DNA of 64,000 nucleotides from Candidatus Aminicenantes bacterium (GCA_016933515.1 JAFGAV010000063.1:3629-67628), one strand, 5' to 3'. Counted from the stretch's first letter, positions 7,529 to 17,844 are shown. The notes: generated by a model not told the origin, from the sequence alone. Translations and numbers: made by a program.

Positions 7529-9361
7529 ATGCCCGAAAAACACGCGGAGACGGCCCATCGTCTCCATCTCATGGTCTGCGCCGGGACGGCCTGCGTCTCC
7601 AATCATTCCTTCGCCATCAAGGACGCCCTGGAGAAAGAGATCCGGAAACACGGCCTGGAGAACGAAGTCCTGGTCGTCACCACGGGCTGCAACGGGTTCT
7701 GTGAGCGCGGCCCCCTTCTCGTCGTCCAGCCGGGGAACATCTTTTACCAGCAGCTCACCGTCAAGGACATCCCGCATCTCGTGGAAGAGCACTTTCTCAA
7801 GGGACGACCGGTCAGCCGGCTGATGTACACGCCGCCCAAGGAGAAAAAACCCGTTCCGGTCCTGAGCGACATCGATTTTTTCAAGAAACAGGTGCTCATC
7901 GCTCTTAGAAACAGAGGCCTGATCGACCCCGAAAAAATCGAGGAGAGCATCGCCCGGGACGGCTACAAAGCCATGGCCAAAGCCCTGACGGAAATGACGC
8001 CCGCCCAGATCATTATGGAGATCAAACAGTCCGGGCTGCGGGGACGAGGCGGAGCGGGCTTTCCCACCGGCTTGAAATGGGAGATGGTCCGCAACGCCGT
8101 GAGCACGAACGGCGGGGGCAAGTACCTGATTTGCAACGGCGACGAGGGCGACCCGGGCGCGTTCATGGATCGAAGCATCCTGGAGGCCGACCCCCATTCC
8201 GTCATCGAAGGCATGGTCATCGGCGCCAAGGCCGTGGGCGCCACCGAGGGCGTGCTCTACGTCCGGAACGAATACCCGCTGGCCGTCAAAAGGCTCCAAA
8301 TCGCACTCGCCCAGGCCCGAGAGTACGGCCTGCTGGGCGAGGACATCCTGGGCACGAAGTTCAGCTTCGACATCAAGGTCCACCGGGGCGCCGGCGCTTT
8401 CGTCTGCGGCGAGGAGACCGCTCTCATCGCCTCGATCGAGGGCCGGCTGGGCGAACCCCGGCCCCGTCCCCCCTACCCGGCCCAGAGCGGCCTCTACGGC
8501 CGGCCGACGCTCATCAATAACGTCGAGACCTGGGCCAACGTGCCCGTGATCATCGACCGGGGATCTTCCTGGTTCTCCTCGATCGGCACGGAGACGAGCA
8601 AGGGCACCAAAGTCTTCTCCCTCGTGGGCAAGATCAACAACACCGGCCTGGTCGAAGTGCCCATGGGCATCACCCTGCGGGAGATCATCTACGACATCGG
8701 CGGGGGCATCCCCGGCGGGAAGGCCTTCAAAGCCGTTCAGACGGGCGGACCCTCGGGAGGCTGCATCCCCGCGGACATGATCGACTTGCCGATCGATTAC
8801 GAGAGCCTGAGCCAGGCCGGATCGATGATGGGCTCGGGCGGCATGGTCGTCATGGACGAGGACACCTGCATGGTGGACGTGGCCCGTTATTTCCTGTCCT
8901 TCACCAAGGACGAGTCCTGCGGCAAATGCACGCCCTGTCGCGAAGGCACAAAGATCATGTTCGACATCCTGACGCGGATCTGCGAAGGCCGGGGAACGGA
9001 AGCGGACCTGGAGCTCCTGGAAAGCCTGGCCCCTTCGATCAAAGACTCGGCGCTCTGCGGCCTGGGCAAAACCGCGCCCAATCCCGTCCTCACCACGCTG
9101 CGCTATTTCCGCTCCGAGTATGAGGCCCACATCCGGGACAAGAAATGTCCGGCTCACGTGTGCCGGCAGCTCAACACCTACACCATCGACGAAAAGATCT
9201 GCCTCGAAGCCGGACATGGATGCGATGTCTGCCGCCGCAATTGCGCTTCCGACGCCATCCGGGGCGAGAAAAACACGGCTCACTCCATCAACCAGGACAA
9301 GTGCATCAAATGCGGCGTATGTCTCGACGTCTGCAAATTCCACGCCGTCAAGGTCGAATAG
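7529..9361 (+). CDS. NuoF/HydB-type FMN/NAD(H)-binding subunit with extra N-terminal 2Fe-2S and C-terminal 2x[4Fe-4S] domains
   Basis: LRGRGGAGFPTGLKW and NGDEGDPGAF (NADH/FMN motifs); ESCGKCTPCREG (N3 cluster). N-terminal MVCAGTACVS...GCNGFCERGP. C-terminal CDVCRRNCASDAI and CIKCGVCLDVC. Confidence 0.9.
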   Translation: MPEKHAETAHRLHLMVCAGTACVSNHSFAIKDALEKEIRKHGLENEVLVVTTGCNGFCERGPLLVVQPGNIFYQQLTVKDIPHLVEEHFLKGRPVSRLMYTPPKEKKPVPVLSDIDFFKKQVLIALRNRGLIDPEKIEESIARDGYKAMAKALTEMTPAQIIMEIKQSGLRGRGGAGFPTGLKWEMVRNAVSTNGGGKYLICNGDEGDPGAFMDRSILEADPHSVIEGMVIGAKAVGATEGVLYVRNEYPLAVKRLQIALAQAREYGLLGEDILGTKFSFDIKVHRGAGAFVCGEETALIASIEGRLGEPRPRPPYPAQSGLYGRPTLINNVETWANVPVIIDRGSSWFSSIGTETSKGTKVFSLVGKINNTGLVEVPMGITLREIIYDIGGGIPGGKAFKAVQTGGPSGGCIPADMIDLPIDYESLSQAGSMMGSGGMVVMDEDTCMVDVARYFLSFTKDESCGKCTPCREGTKIMFDILTRICEGRGTEADLELLESLAPSIKDSALCGLGKTAPNPVLTTLRYFRSEYEAHIRDKKCPAHVCRQLNTYTIDEKICLEAGHGCDVCRRNCASDAIRGEKNTAHSINQDKCIKCGVCLDVCKFHAVKVE

Positions 9362-9373
9362 GAGGTCCCCCTC

Positions 9374-11131
9374 ATGATCACCCTGAGCATAGACGGAAAA
9401 CCGATCCAGGTCGAGGAAGGCACGACCCTCCTCGAAGCCGCCCGCAAGCTGGACATTCCCATTCCGACGCTCTGCCATCATCGGGTCATCGAACCCTACG
9501 CCGCGTGCCGGGTGTGCCTGGTCGAGGTCTCGCTCAAAGGGAGGACGGATCTTGTCCCCTCCTGCAACACCAAGGCCGTCGAGGGCATGGAGGTCCGGAC
9601 CCAGTCGCCCCGCGCCCTCAACGCCAGAAAAATGAACGTCGAGATGCTCCTGGCTAGGGCGCCGGCCGCCGAGCCGGTGCGGGAGATCGCCCGCTCGCTG
9701 GGCATCACCGAAACGCGCTTCGAGGTCAAAGAGCCGACAAGGAAGTGCATCCTGTGCGGCCTGTGCGTCCGGGCCTGCGAGGACATCGTCGGCGCCAACG
9801 CCATCAGCTTTCTCGAGCGCGGTGCGGAACGGAGGGTGTCCACTCCTTTCGACGAACCGTCCGAGGCTTGCATCGGCTGCGCGGCCTGCGCCTTTTTCTG
9901 TCCCACGGGAGCCATCACCGTCGAGGATCTGCGGGGCCGCAAAGTCCTCCACGACGAGTTCACCCTCGGACCCTCGACAGCCATCCGCATCCCCACCCGG
10001 CAGGCCGTCCCCATGGTGCCCTTCATCGACGAGGACGCCTGCATTCACTTCAAAACGGGGAAATGCGGCGTCTGCGCCAAGGTGTGCGACCGGGAAGCGG
10101 TCAATCACGAGATGCAGGACGAGATCATCGAGTTCGAGGTGGGCTCGATCATCGTCGCCTCGGGCTTCAAATCCTTCGACGCCCGGAGGATCCCGGCCTA
10201 CGGCTACGGACGCTATCCCAACGTCCTCACCGCCGAAGAGTTCGAGCGGATGGTCAACGCCTCGGGCCCCACGGGCGGGAAGATCAAGCTGACCGACGGC
10301 CGCGAGCCGCAGGCCGTGGGCATCGTCCACTGCGTCGGCTCGCGCGACGTCAACTTCAACGAGTACTGCTCCCGAGTGTGCTGCATGTATTCCCTGAAAT
10401 TTGCGCATCTCATCAAGGAAAAAACGAACGCGGCGATCTACGACTTCTACATCGACATGCGCACCTACGGCAAAGGCTACGAGGAATTCTACCACCGGCT
10501 CCTCGAGGAGGGGACTCACTTCATCCGCGGCCGCGTGTCGGAGATCACGGACATGGCGACGACGGACGCCGAAGAAGGAAAACTCATCATCCGGGTCGAG
10601 GACACGCTTCTCGGGTCGGTGCGGCGCATCCCCGTGGACATGGTCGTCTTGGCCACGGGGCTCGAGCCGAGCCTGGACCACAACCTCCTGGCGAAGACGC
10701 TCGGCATCTCCTGCAGCCAGGACGCGTTTTTCCTTGAGCGCCATCCCAAGCTCGCCCCCTTGGCCACCTATTCCGACGGGATTTTCCTGGCCGGCACCTG
10801 CCAGGCGCCCCGCGACATTCCCGATACGGTCGCCCAGGCCGGGGGCGCGGCGGCCGAGGCCCTGGCCCTGGCCGACAAGGGAACGTTCGCCCTGGAGCCC
10901 ATCACCGCCGTGATCGACAAGGACATCTGCGCCGGCTGCCAGATCTGCGTCGGCCTGTGCCCGTTTACGGCCATCACCTTCGACAAGGAGCAGGGCGTTT
11001 CCGTCATCAACGACGCGCTGTGCAAGGGTTGCGGAACCTGCGTGGCGGCCTGCCCGAGCGGCGCGGCCCAACAGAAGCATTTTCGCGACACGCAGATTTT
11101 CGCCGAGATCGAGGGGATTTTCCTGGCATGA
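9374..11131 (+). CDS. hdrA: fusion protein: NuoG/HydA-like N-terminal [2Fe-2S]+2x[4Fe-4S] module joined to the C-terminal two-thirds of HdrA
   Basis: C34/C45xxC48/C64 2Fe-2S pattern; CILCGLCVRAC; CIGCAACAFFCP. HdrA-collinear sequence follows: CIHFKTGKCGVCAKVC, IIVASGF, VHCVGSRD, YCSRVCCMYSLK, FLAGTCQAPRDIP, CAGCQICVGLCP, CKGCGTCVAACP. Confidence 0.8.
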   Translation: MITLSIDGKPIQVEEGTTLLEAARKLDIPIPTLCHHRVIEPYAACRVCLVEVSLKGRTDLVPSCNTKAVEGMEVRTQSPRALNARKMNVEMLLARAPAAEPVREIARSLGITETRFEVKEPTRKCILCGLCVRACEDIVGANAISFLERGAERRVSTPFDEPSEACIGCAACAFFCPTGAITVEDLRGRKVLHDEFTLGPSTAIRIPTRQAVPMVPFIDEDACIHFKTGKCGVCAKVCDREAVNHEMQDEIIEFEVGSIIVASGFKSFDARRIPAYGYGRYPNVLTAEEFERMVNASGPTGGKIKLTDGREPQAVGIVHCVGSRDVNFNEYCSRVCCMYSLKFAHLIKEKTNAAIYDFYIDMRTYGKGYEEFYHRLLEEGTHFIRGRVSEITDMATTDAEEGKLIIRVEDTLLGSVRRIPVDMVVLATGLEPSLDHNLLAKTLGISCSQDAFFLERHPKLAPLATYSDGIFLAGTCQAPRDIPDTVAQAGGAAAEALALADKGTFALEPITAVIDKDICAGCQICVGLCPFTAITFDKEQGVSVINDALCKGCGTCVAACPSGAAQQKHFRDTQIFAEIEGIFLA

Positions 11132-11177
11132 ACCCCTCGGATTTCCGCTCGTTTTCCCGGAACGGCAATCCGGGGAT

Positions 11178-11199
11178 GACCGGGAGAGAATTCCCGGTC
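11178..11199 (+). other. intercistronic stem-loop (8-bp stem GACCGGGA/TCCCGGTC, 6-nt loop)
   Basis: Read directly from the sequence in the 107-nt gap between the HdrA-fusion gene and mvhD. No T-run follows, so it is not a classical terminator. Confidence 0.3.
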
Positions 11200-11238
11200 T
11201 CCCCGCTCAAAAGGTCTTCTCAACGAGGAGAACACAAA

Positions 11239-11679
11239 ATGCAGGAAGAACCGTTTGAGCCCAATCTGGTCGGGTTTTTGTGCACCTGGTGCTCCTACAC
11301 CGGGGCCGATTTTGCGGGGACGGCCCGCATGACCTATGCGCCCAACGTGAAGATCATCCGCGTGATGTGCAGCGGCCGTGTGGATCCCCAATTCGTGCTC
11401 AAGGCGTTCCGGGAGGGCGCCGACGGAGTTCTCATCTCGGGCTGCCACCCGGGCGACTGCCATTATAAAGAAGGGAACTATCGGACCCTGCGCCGATACC
11501 GGCTCCTGATCCGAGTGCTGGAACAGATGGGGATCGAGCCCGCAAGGCTCCGGCTGGAATGGGTCTCGGCCGCCGAAGGCGCTAGGTTTCAACGGGTCTG
11601 CAACGAATTCACGGAACAGATCCGGGCCCTGGGACCTCTCAGCCTGAATGGAGGAAAACATGAGCAACACCAAGCCTAA
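11239..11679 (+). CDS. mvhD: MvhD-like (methyl-viologen-reducing hydrogenase delta subunit) [2Fe-2S] protein
   Basis: ATG 11239 follows GAGGAG (11225-11230). FLCTWCSYTGADFAG...IRVMCSGRVDP...ADGVLISGCHPGDCHY is the MvhD/FlpD signature. Confidence 0.85.
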   Translation: MQEEPFEPNLVGFLCTWCSYTGADFAGTARMTYAPNVKIIRVMCSGRVDPQFVLKAFREGADGVLISGCHPGDCHYKEGNYRTLRRYRLLIRVLEQMGIEPARLRLEWVSAAEGARFQRVCNEFTEQIRALGPLSLNGGKHEQHQA

Positions 11680-12640
11680 GGTCGCCTTTTACTGGTGCGC
11701 CTCCTGCGGGGGGTGCGAGGAGTCGATCATCGACCTGGCCGAGGACATCCTCAAGGTCGCGGCGGCGGTGGACATCGTGTTCTGGCCCGTGGCCCTGGAT
11801 TTCAAGAGGAAAGACGTCGAGGCCATGGAAGACGGTTCGATCGCCGCGAGTTTCATCAACGGCGCCGTCCGCAACAGCGAACAGGAGGACATGGTCAAGC
11901 TCCTCCGCCGCAAGTCCCGGATCGTCGTGGCCCACGGCTCGTGCTCCCACTTGGGCGGCATCCCCGGCCTGGCCAACTTCTGGGACAAGGAGACGATCTT
12001 CAGGCGGGCCTACCTGACCACGCCTTCGACCGACAATCCCCAGGGAGTCGTGCCCCTGGAAAAAAGCGCGGTCGACGGCTGCGAGCTCGAGCTGCCCCGT
12101 TTCTACGACACCGTTTTCTCACTGGACCAGGTGATCGACGTGGATTATTACCTTCCCGGCTGCGCCCCCCCGCGGGATCTCATCCTGAGCGCCTTTCAGG
12201 CCCTCCTGGAGGGCACTCTCCCGCCCAAGGGCTCGGTCCTATCGCCCAACAAGTCCGAGTGCGACGAGTGCGACCGCAACGACACGAAGCCGGAGAAGCT
12301 CGAGATCAAGGAGGTCAAGCGCCCCTGGGAGGTTCACCTCGACCCTGAAGTCTGCTTCCTCGCCCAGGGCGTGATCTGCATGGGCCCGGCCACCCGGGCG
12401 GGGTGCGGACAGCGCTGCATTTCGGCCAACATGCCCTGCCGCGGCTGTTTCGGTCCCACGGACCAGGTCTACGACCAGGGAGCCAAGTTCCTCTCGGCCT
12501 TCGCTTCGATCCTGGCCACCGACGACGAAAAGGAAATCGAGAACATCGTCCAGACCATCGTCGACCCGGCGGGCACGTTCTACCGGTTCAGCCTGCCGAG
12601 CAGCATCCTCAGGCGAAAGAGATTGGAGGCGGTCAAATGA
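11660..12640 (+). CDS. mvhG: [NiFe] hydrogenase small subunit, cytoplasmic group-3c (MvhG)-like
   Basis: KVAFYWCASCGGCEESIID is the proximal-cluster motif, and there is no Tat signal. The start is either ATG 11660 (GGAGGA at 11650-11655) or ATG 11648. ATGA overlap with the large subunit. Confidence 0.85.
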   Translation: MSNTKPKVAFYWCASCGGCEESIIDLAEDILKVAAAVDIVFWPVALDFKRKDVEAMEDGSIAASFINGAVRNSEQEDMVKLLRRKSRIVVAHGSCSHLGGIPGLANFWDKETIFRRAYLTTPSTDNPQGVVPLEKSAVDGCELELPRFYDTVFSLDQVIDVDYYLPGCAPPRDLILSAFQALLEGTLPPKGSVLSPNKSECDECDRNDTKPEKLEIKEVKRPWEVHLDPEVCFLAQGVICMGPATRAGCGQRCISANMPCRGCFGPTDQVYDQGAKFLSAFASILATDDEKEIENIVQTIVDPAGTFYRFSLPSSILRRKRLEAVK

Positions 12641-14106
12641 CGACCCGCGGCAAGAAAATCACCATCGACCCCATCACCCGGCTGGAGGGGCACGGCAAGA
12701 TCGAAATCTTTCTCGACGACAAGGGGGACGTCCACCGGGCCATCCTCCAGATTCCGGAGCTCCGGGGCTTCGAGCAGTTCGCCGTCGGCCGGCCCGTTGA
12801 AGAAATGCCCCGCATCACCCCCCGCATCTGCGGCGTCTGTCCCACGGCCCACCATATGGCCGCCACCAAGACCGTGGACGCCGTCTTCCATGTCGAGCCC
12901 ACGCCCGCCGGCCGCATGATCCGGGAACTCATCTACAACACCTTCATGTTCGAGGACCACACGCTCCACTTTTTCTTCCTCGGCGGTCCGGACTTCGTCG
13001 TCGGCCCCACCGCGCCGAAAGGCGAGCGGAACATCCTGGGCGTCATCGGCAAGGTCGGGTTGGAAATCGGCGGCCGGGTCATCAAGGCCCGCCGCGAAAC
13101 CCGGGACATCATCAATCACCTGGGCGGCAAAATCATCCATCCCGTGTGCGGCCTGCCGGGCGGCGTTTCCAAGGGGCTGGACGAGGAGCACCGGCTGAAG
13201 TTCCTCGAGGTGGCCAAAAACACCGTGGAGTTCGCCCAATTCGCCCTCACCATCTTCGACGACGTCGTCTTAAAGAACAAGCAGTACGTCGACCTTGTTC
13301 TGAGCGACGCCTTCACCATCAAGACGCATTACATGGGGCTCGTGGACGAAAAGAACAGGGTCAATTTCTACGACGGCGATCTCCGCGTCGTCACTCCCGA
13401 GGGCAAGGAATTCGTCAAATTCAAGCCCGACCGGTATCTGGACGTCATCGCCGAGCACGTCGAGCCGTGGACGTACATCAAATTTCCGTTCCTGAAAAAG
13501 ATCGGCTGGAAGGGGTTTCAGGACGGTCCGGACAGCGGGGTTTTCCGCGTGGCTCCCCTGGCTCGGCTCAACGCCTCGGACGGCATGGCCACCCCGAGAG
13601 CTCAGGCCGAATACGAGAAGATGTACTCCGTCCTGGGCGGAAAGCCCGTCCACAACACGCTCGCCTTCCACTGGGCCCGCCTGATCGAGGCGCTCCAGGC
13701 GGCCGAGGCCATGGTCGGCCTGCTCGAGGACAAGGCCATCACCGACCCCAACATCCGCAACATCCCCACCGCCGTTCCGGACGAGGGCGTGGGCATCGTC
13801 GAGGCTCCCCGCGGCGTCCTCATCCACCACTACAAGACCGATCCGCGGGGAATCGTCACCGAGGCCAACCTCATCGTGGCCACGGTGAACAACGCCGCGG
13901 CCATCAACATGTCCATCGAAAAGGCGGCTAGAGCGTTCATCAAGGGAGGAAAAATCGACGACGGCCTGCTCAACATGGCCGAGATGGGATTCCGCCCTTA
14001 CGACCCCTGCCACGCCTGCGGCACACACGCCCTGGGCGGGGAGGCCCCTCTGGTCGTCGACGTGTTCGACAAGGACGGCAACCTCGTCCGCCGACTGACG
14101 CGCTGA
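12637..14106 (+). CDS. mvhA: [NiFe] hydrogenase large subunit, group-3c (MvhA)-like
   Basis: Internal ATG 12637 overlaps the small-subunit stop. ITRLEGHG; N-terminal RICGVCPTAHH; C-terminal DPCHACGTH followed by a 25-aa cleavable extension. The upstream 78 codons of the track ORF are rejected. Confidence 0.9.
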   Translation: MTTRGKKITIDPITRLEGHGKIEIFLDDKGDVHRAILQIPELRGFEQFAVGRPVEEMPRITPRICGVCPTAHHMAATKTVDAVFHVEPTPAGRMIRELIYNTFMFEDHTLHFFFLGGPDFVVGPTAPKGERNILGVIGKVGLEIGGRVIKARRETRDIINHLGGKIIHPVCGLPGGVSKGLDEEHRLKFLEVAKNTVEFAQFALTIFDDVVLKNKQYVDLVLSDAFTIKTHYMGLVDEKNRVNFYDGDLRVVTPEGKEFVKFKPDRYLDVIAEHVEPWTYIKFPFLKKIGWKGFQDGPDSGVFRVAPLARLNASDGMATPRAQAEYEKMYSVLGGKPVHNTLAFHWARLIEALQAAEAMVGLLEDKAITDPNIRNIPTAVPDEGVGIVEAPRGVLIHHYKTDPRGIVTEANLIVATVNNAAAINMSIEKAARAFIKGGKIDDGLLNMAEMGFRPYDPCHACGTHALGGEAPLVVDVFDKDGNLVRRLTR

Positions 14107-14114
14107 GCTTCCCG

Positions 14115-14146
14115 GGGGGACAGGCGCTGACGTGCGGCCGTCCCCC
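14115..14146 (+). terminator. weak stem-loop after mvhA (GGGGGAC ... GTCCCCC)
   Basis: 7-bp GC stem with an 18-nt loop, 9 nt after the mvhA stop. There is no clear T-run. Confidence 0.25.
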
Positions 14147-14261
14147 TGTTCTCCTCGGCCTTCCGGCGCCGGAGCGCTTTCCCCGGCCTCCGGGTTGTTC
14201 CGAAACGTTCGGTAACCGTCCGGATCTCCCGCCGCGGACGGGCGCACGGGACGCGGCGGTG

Positions 14262-14270
14262 TGATACAAT
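14262..14270 (+). promoter_or_regulatory. candidate extended -10 promoter element (TGaTACAAT) for the kinase/activator pair
   Basis: TG-n-TACAAT lies 25 nt upstream of ATG 14295. No good -35 element. Confidence 0.3.
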
Positions 14271-14294
14271 CGGGAGAAGATTCCCGAGGCGGCC

Positions 14295-16273
14295 ATGACA
14301 TTTCAGACCCTGTCTTTGAGGAGAAAACTCCTCTTCACCTTCGTGGCCGTCATCGTCATCGGGGGACTGGCCTCCCTTCTCGTCGGCTCCCGGCTGGTGC
14401 GGGAAACGCTCATCAGCCAGGCTCAGAGCAAGGTCCGGCACGACCTTTCGGCGGCCCGCATGGTCTTCGACGAAAAGCTCAAAGACATCCGGGACCTTAT
14501 CGGCGTCACCGCCGCCCGGGAAGGCCTTCGGGAAGCCGTTTCCTCGGGCCGGGTCGACACCCTGCATCGATATCTCAACCGGGTCAGGATGGATTCCGGC
14601 CTGGACACGCTCAACGTCACCGACAACGCGGGCCGGATTTTGGTGAGAACGCGGCGCCCCGAAGCCCCGTCCGATGACCTGTCCTCGGACGATCTGGTGC
14701 GCCGGGCCCTTCGGGGAGGGCTCCACTCCGGAGTCCAGATCATCTCCCGCGAGGAGCTTCTCCGGGAAGGAGAGGATCTGGCCGTCCGGGCCCGCATAAA
14801 CATCCTGCCCACGCCCCGAGCCGCCGATCAGGCGAAGACCGTGGAGACGAGCGGCATGATGCTCCGCGCCGCGGCGGCCCTTCAAGGCGAGGACGGACGG
14901 ATACTGGGGGCGCTCTGCGGCGGGATCCTCATCAATCGCAACTACGAGATCGTGGACCGCGTCAAGGAGCTCGTCTACAAGGGAGAAAGATACAAGGGCC
15001 GGGAGATCGGAACGGCGACGATTTTCCAGAACGACCTCCGCATTTCGACCAACGTCCGCAACCGGAACGGCGATCGGGCGGTGGGCACGCGCGTTTCCCG
15101 TCAAGTGAGGGAAGCGGTGCTTGTCCGCGGCCGGCCCTGGATCGATCGCGCCTTCGTGGTCAACGATTGGTATATCACCGCCTACGAGCCCCTCCGGAAC
15201 CCGGAGGGGGACATCATCGGCGTCCTCTACGTGGGCCTGCTTGAAAAACCTTACCTCGACACCGCAGCCCGCGTCATGTCGGCTTTCATCCTTTTGGCCG
15301 GATTGTGCGTCCTGTTCCTTCTTCTCATGCTGTTCCTCATCACCGGCCGGATCACAAAGCCCCTGAGGAACATCGCCGTGGCGACCCAGGAAATCGCCCG
15401 CGGCGACCTCTCCCACCGCGTGAAAGTGGAGTCGCGCGACGAGGTCGGCCGCCTGGCCGATTCCTTCAACCGCATGACCGACAACCTTGAGAAGGCGAAC
15501 GAGTCGCTCCTCGAATGGACCCGGACCCTGGAGAAACGCGTCGAGGAGCGCACTCGGGAACTGCAGGAAGCCCAGGCCGGGCTCGTCCAGTCGGAGAAAC
15601 TGGCCTCTCTGGGAAAGCTGGCGGCCGGCATCGCACACGAAATCAACAATCCTCTGGGCGGCATCCTGATCTACAGTCATCTGACGCTGGAGGACACCCC
15701 CCAGGACAGCCCGGCCTACGAAAATTTGAGGAAGATCGTCAAGGAAACGACGCGCTGCAAGAACATCGTCCGGGGCCTTCTGGAATTCGCCCGGCCCAAA
15801 GACCCGGAAATGATCCTGACTTCCGTTGCCGACATTATTGAAAAAGCGCTGGCCCTCCTGGAACGGCAGACCCTGTTTCAAAACATCGTCATTCGCAAGG
15901 ACTTTGCGCCCCTGCCTCGGCTTGTGGTCGACGTCGCCCAGCTGCAGCAGGTGTTCATGAACATCATCATCAACGCCGCGGAAGCGATGGCCGGCCGCGG
16001 CACGCTCACCATCCGGGCCGCGGCCGACAAGAAGGCCGGATGGCTGAGCGTGGAGTTCATCGACACCGGACACGGGATCAAGCCCGAGGATCGGGAGCGG
16101 CTGTTCGATCCCTTTTTCACGACCAAGGAGGTCGGGAGAGGGACGGGCCTGGGACTGTCCATCAGCTACAGCATCATCAAAAAGCACAGCGGCAAAATTC
16201 TGGTCCGCAACGAGCAGGGGGGAGGGGCCGTCTTCTCCGTCCTTCTGCCTTTGAACAGAGCGAAGGTCGAAGA

Positions 16274-16277
<4 letters not shown>
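14295..16277 (+). CDS. sensor histidine kinase (TM - large extracytoplasmic Cache-like domain - TM - HAMP - HisKA - HATPase)
   Basis: Two hydrophobic segments flank about 300 aa. HAMP: ITKPLRNIAVATQEIARGDLSHRV. H-box: AAGIAHEINNPL. N/G boxes: NIIINAAEAM, DTGHGI, GTGLGLSISY. Confidence 0.9.
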
Positions 16278-17653
<1,376 letters not shown>

Positions 17654-17665
17654 TCGATCATTCTC

Positions 17666-17712
17666 TGTTTTTTCCGTCTCCATATCCAATATAAGAGACA
17701 GAAATCAAAACA
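17666..17712. repeat. imperfect 47-bp palindrome (TGTTTT..GTCTC-N14-GAGAC..AAAACA), candidate enhancer (UAS) for the NtrC-like activator or terminator of the kinase operon
   Basis: Arms read directly from the sequence. An adjacent perfect 8-bp palindrome ATGCGCAT lies at 17714-17721. The centre is about 65 bp upstream of the sigma-54 -24 element. Confidence 0.3.
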
Positions 17713-17751
17713 AATGCGCATTCAATTTTTTTGGTTTTTTTCACTTGCCTC

Positions 17752-17767
17752 GGGAACATTCCTTGCC
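17752..17767 (+). promoter_or_regulatory. candidate sigma-54 (-24/-12) promoter of the group-3b hydrogenase operon
   Basis: gGGaAC-ATTCC-TTGCc compared with consensus TGGCAC-N5-TTGCW. The invariant GG (17753-54) and GC (17765-66) are separated by exactly 10 nt. It lies about 80 nt upstream of ATG 17845 and directly downstream of a sigma-54 activator gene. Confidence 0.5.
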
Positions 17768-17844
17768 TTAATTTAATCAGGCTTCTTTGCATATCGAACC
17801 GGCCGCGGCCGAGGCGGAGAGGGCGCGGACCTCAAAGGAGAAAC

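Noticed and set aside
6917-11080. 1387-aa ORF on the - strand, the longest ORF in the track
   Set aside because: It lies antisense to four well-supported genes (nuoE-like, ferredoxin, nuoF-like, HdrA fusion) that carry exact cofactor motifs. Its translation is low-complexity and rich in Arg/Gly/Asp/Ala, with no recognisable motif. This is the typical shadow ORF of GC-rich DNA.
13998-16187. 729-aa - strand ORF, and similar long antisense ORFs (33744-35534, 36814-38310, 45873-48398, 56450-57955, 58168-60051, 60309-61850)
   Set aside because: Each is antisense to a gene with clear family motifs (kinase, peptidase, dprA/nupC, Ser/Thr kinase, GT9/ligase). They have Arg/Gly/Pro-rich composition and no RBS or start context, so they are stop-codon-poor frames of GC-rich sequence.
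17732-17749. Second GG...TTGC pair (ttGGtttttttcacTTGC) as an alternative sigma-54 promoter
   Set aside because: 12 nt separate GG and GC instead of the required 10. The downstream element at 17752-17767 has the correct spacing.
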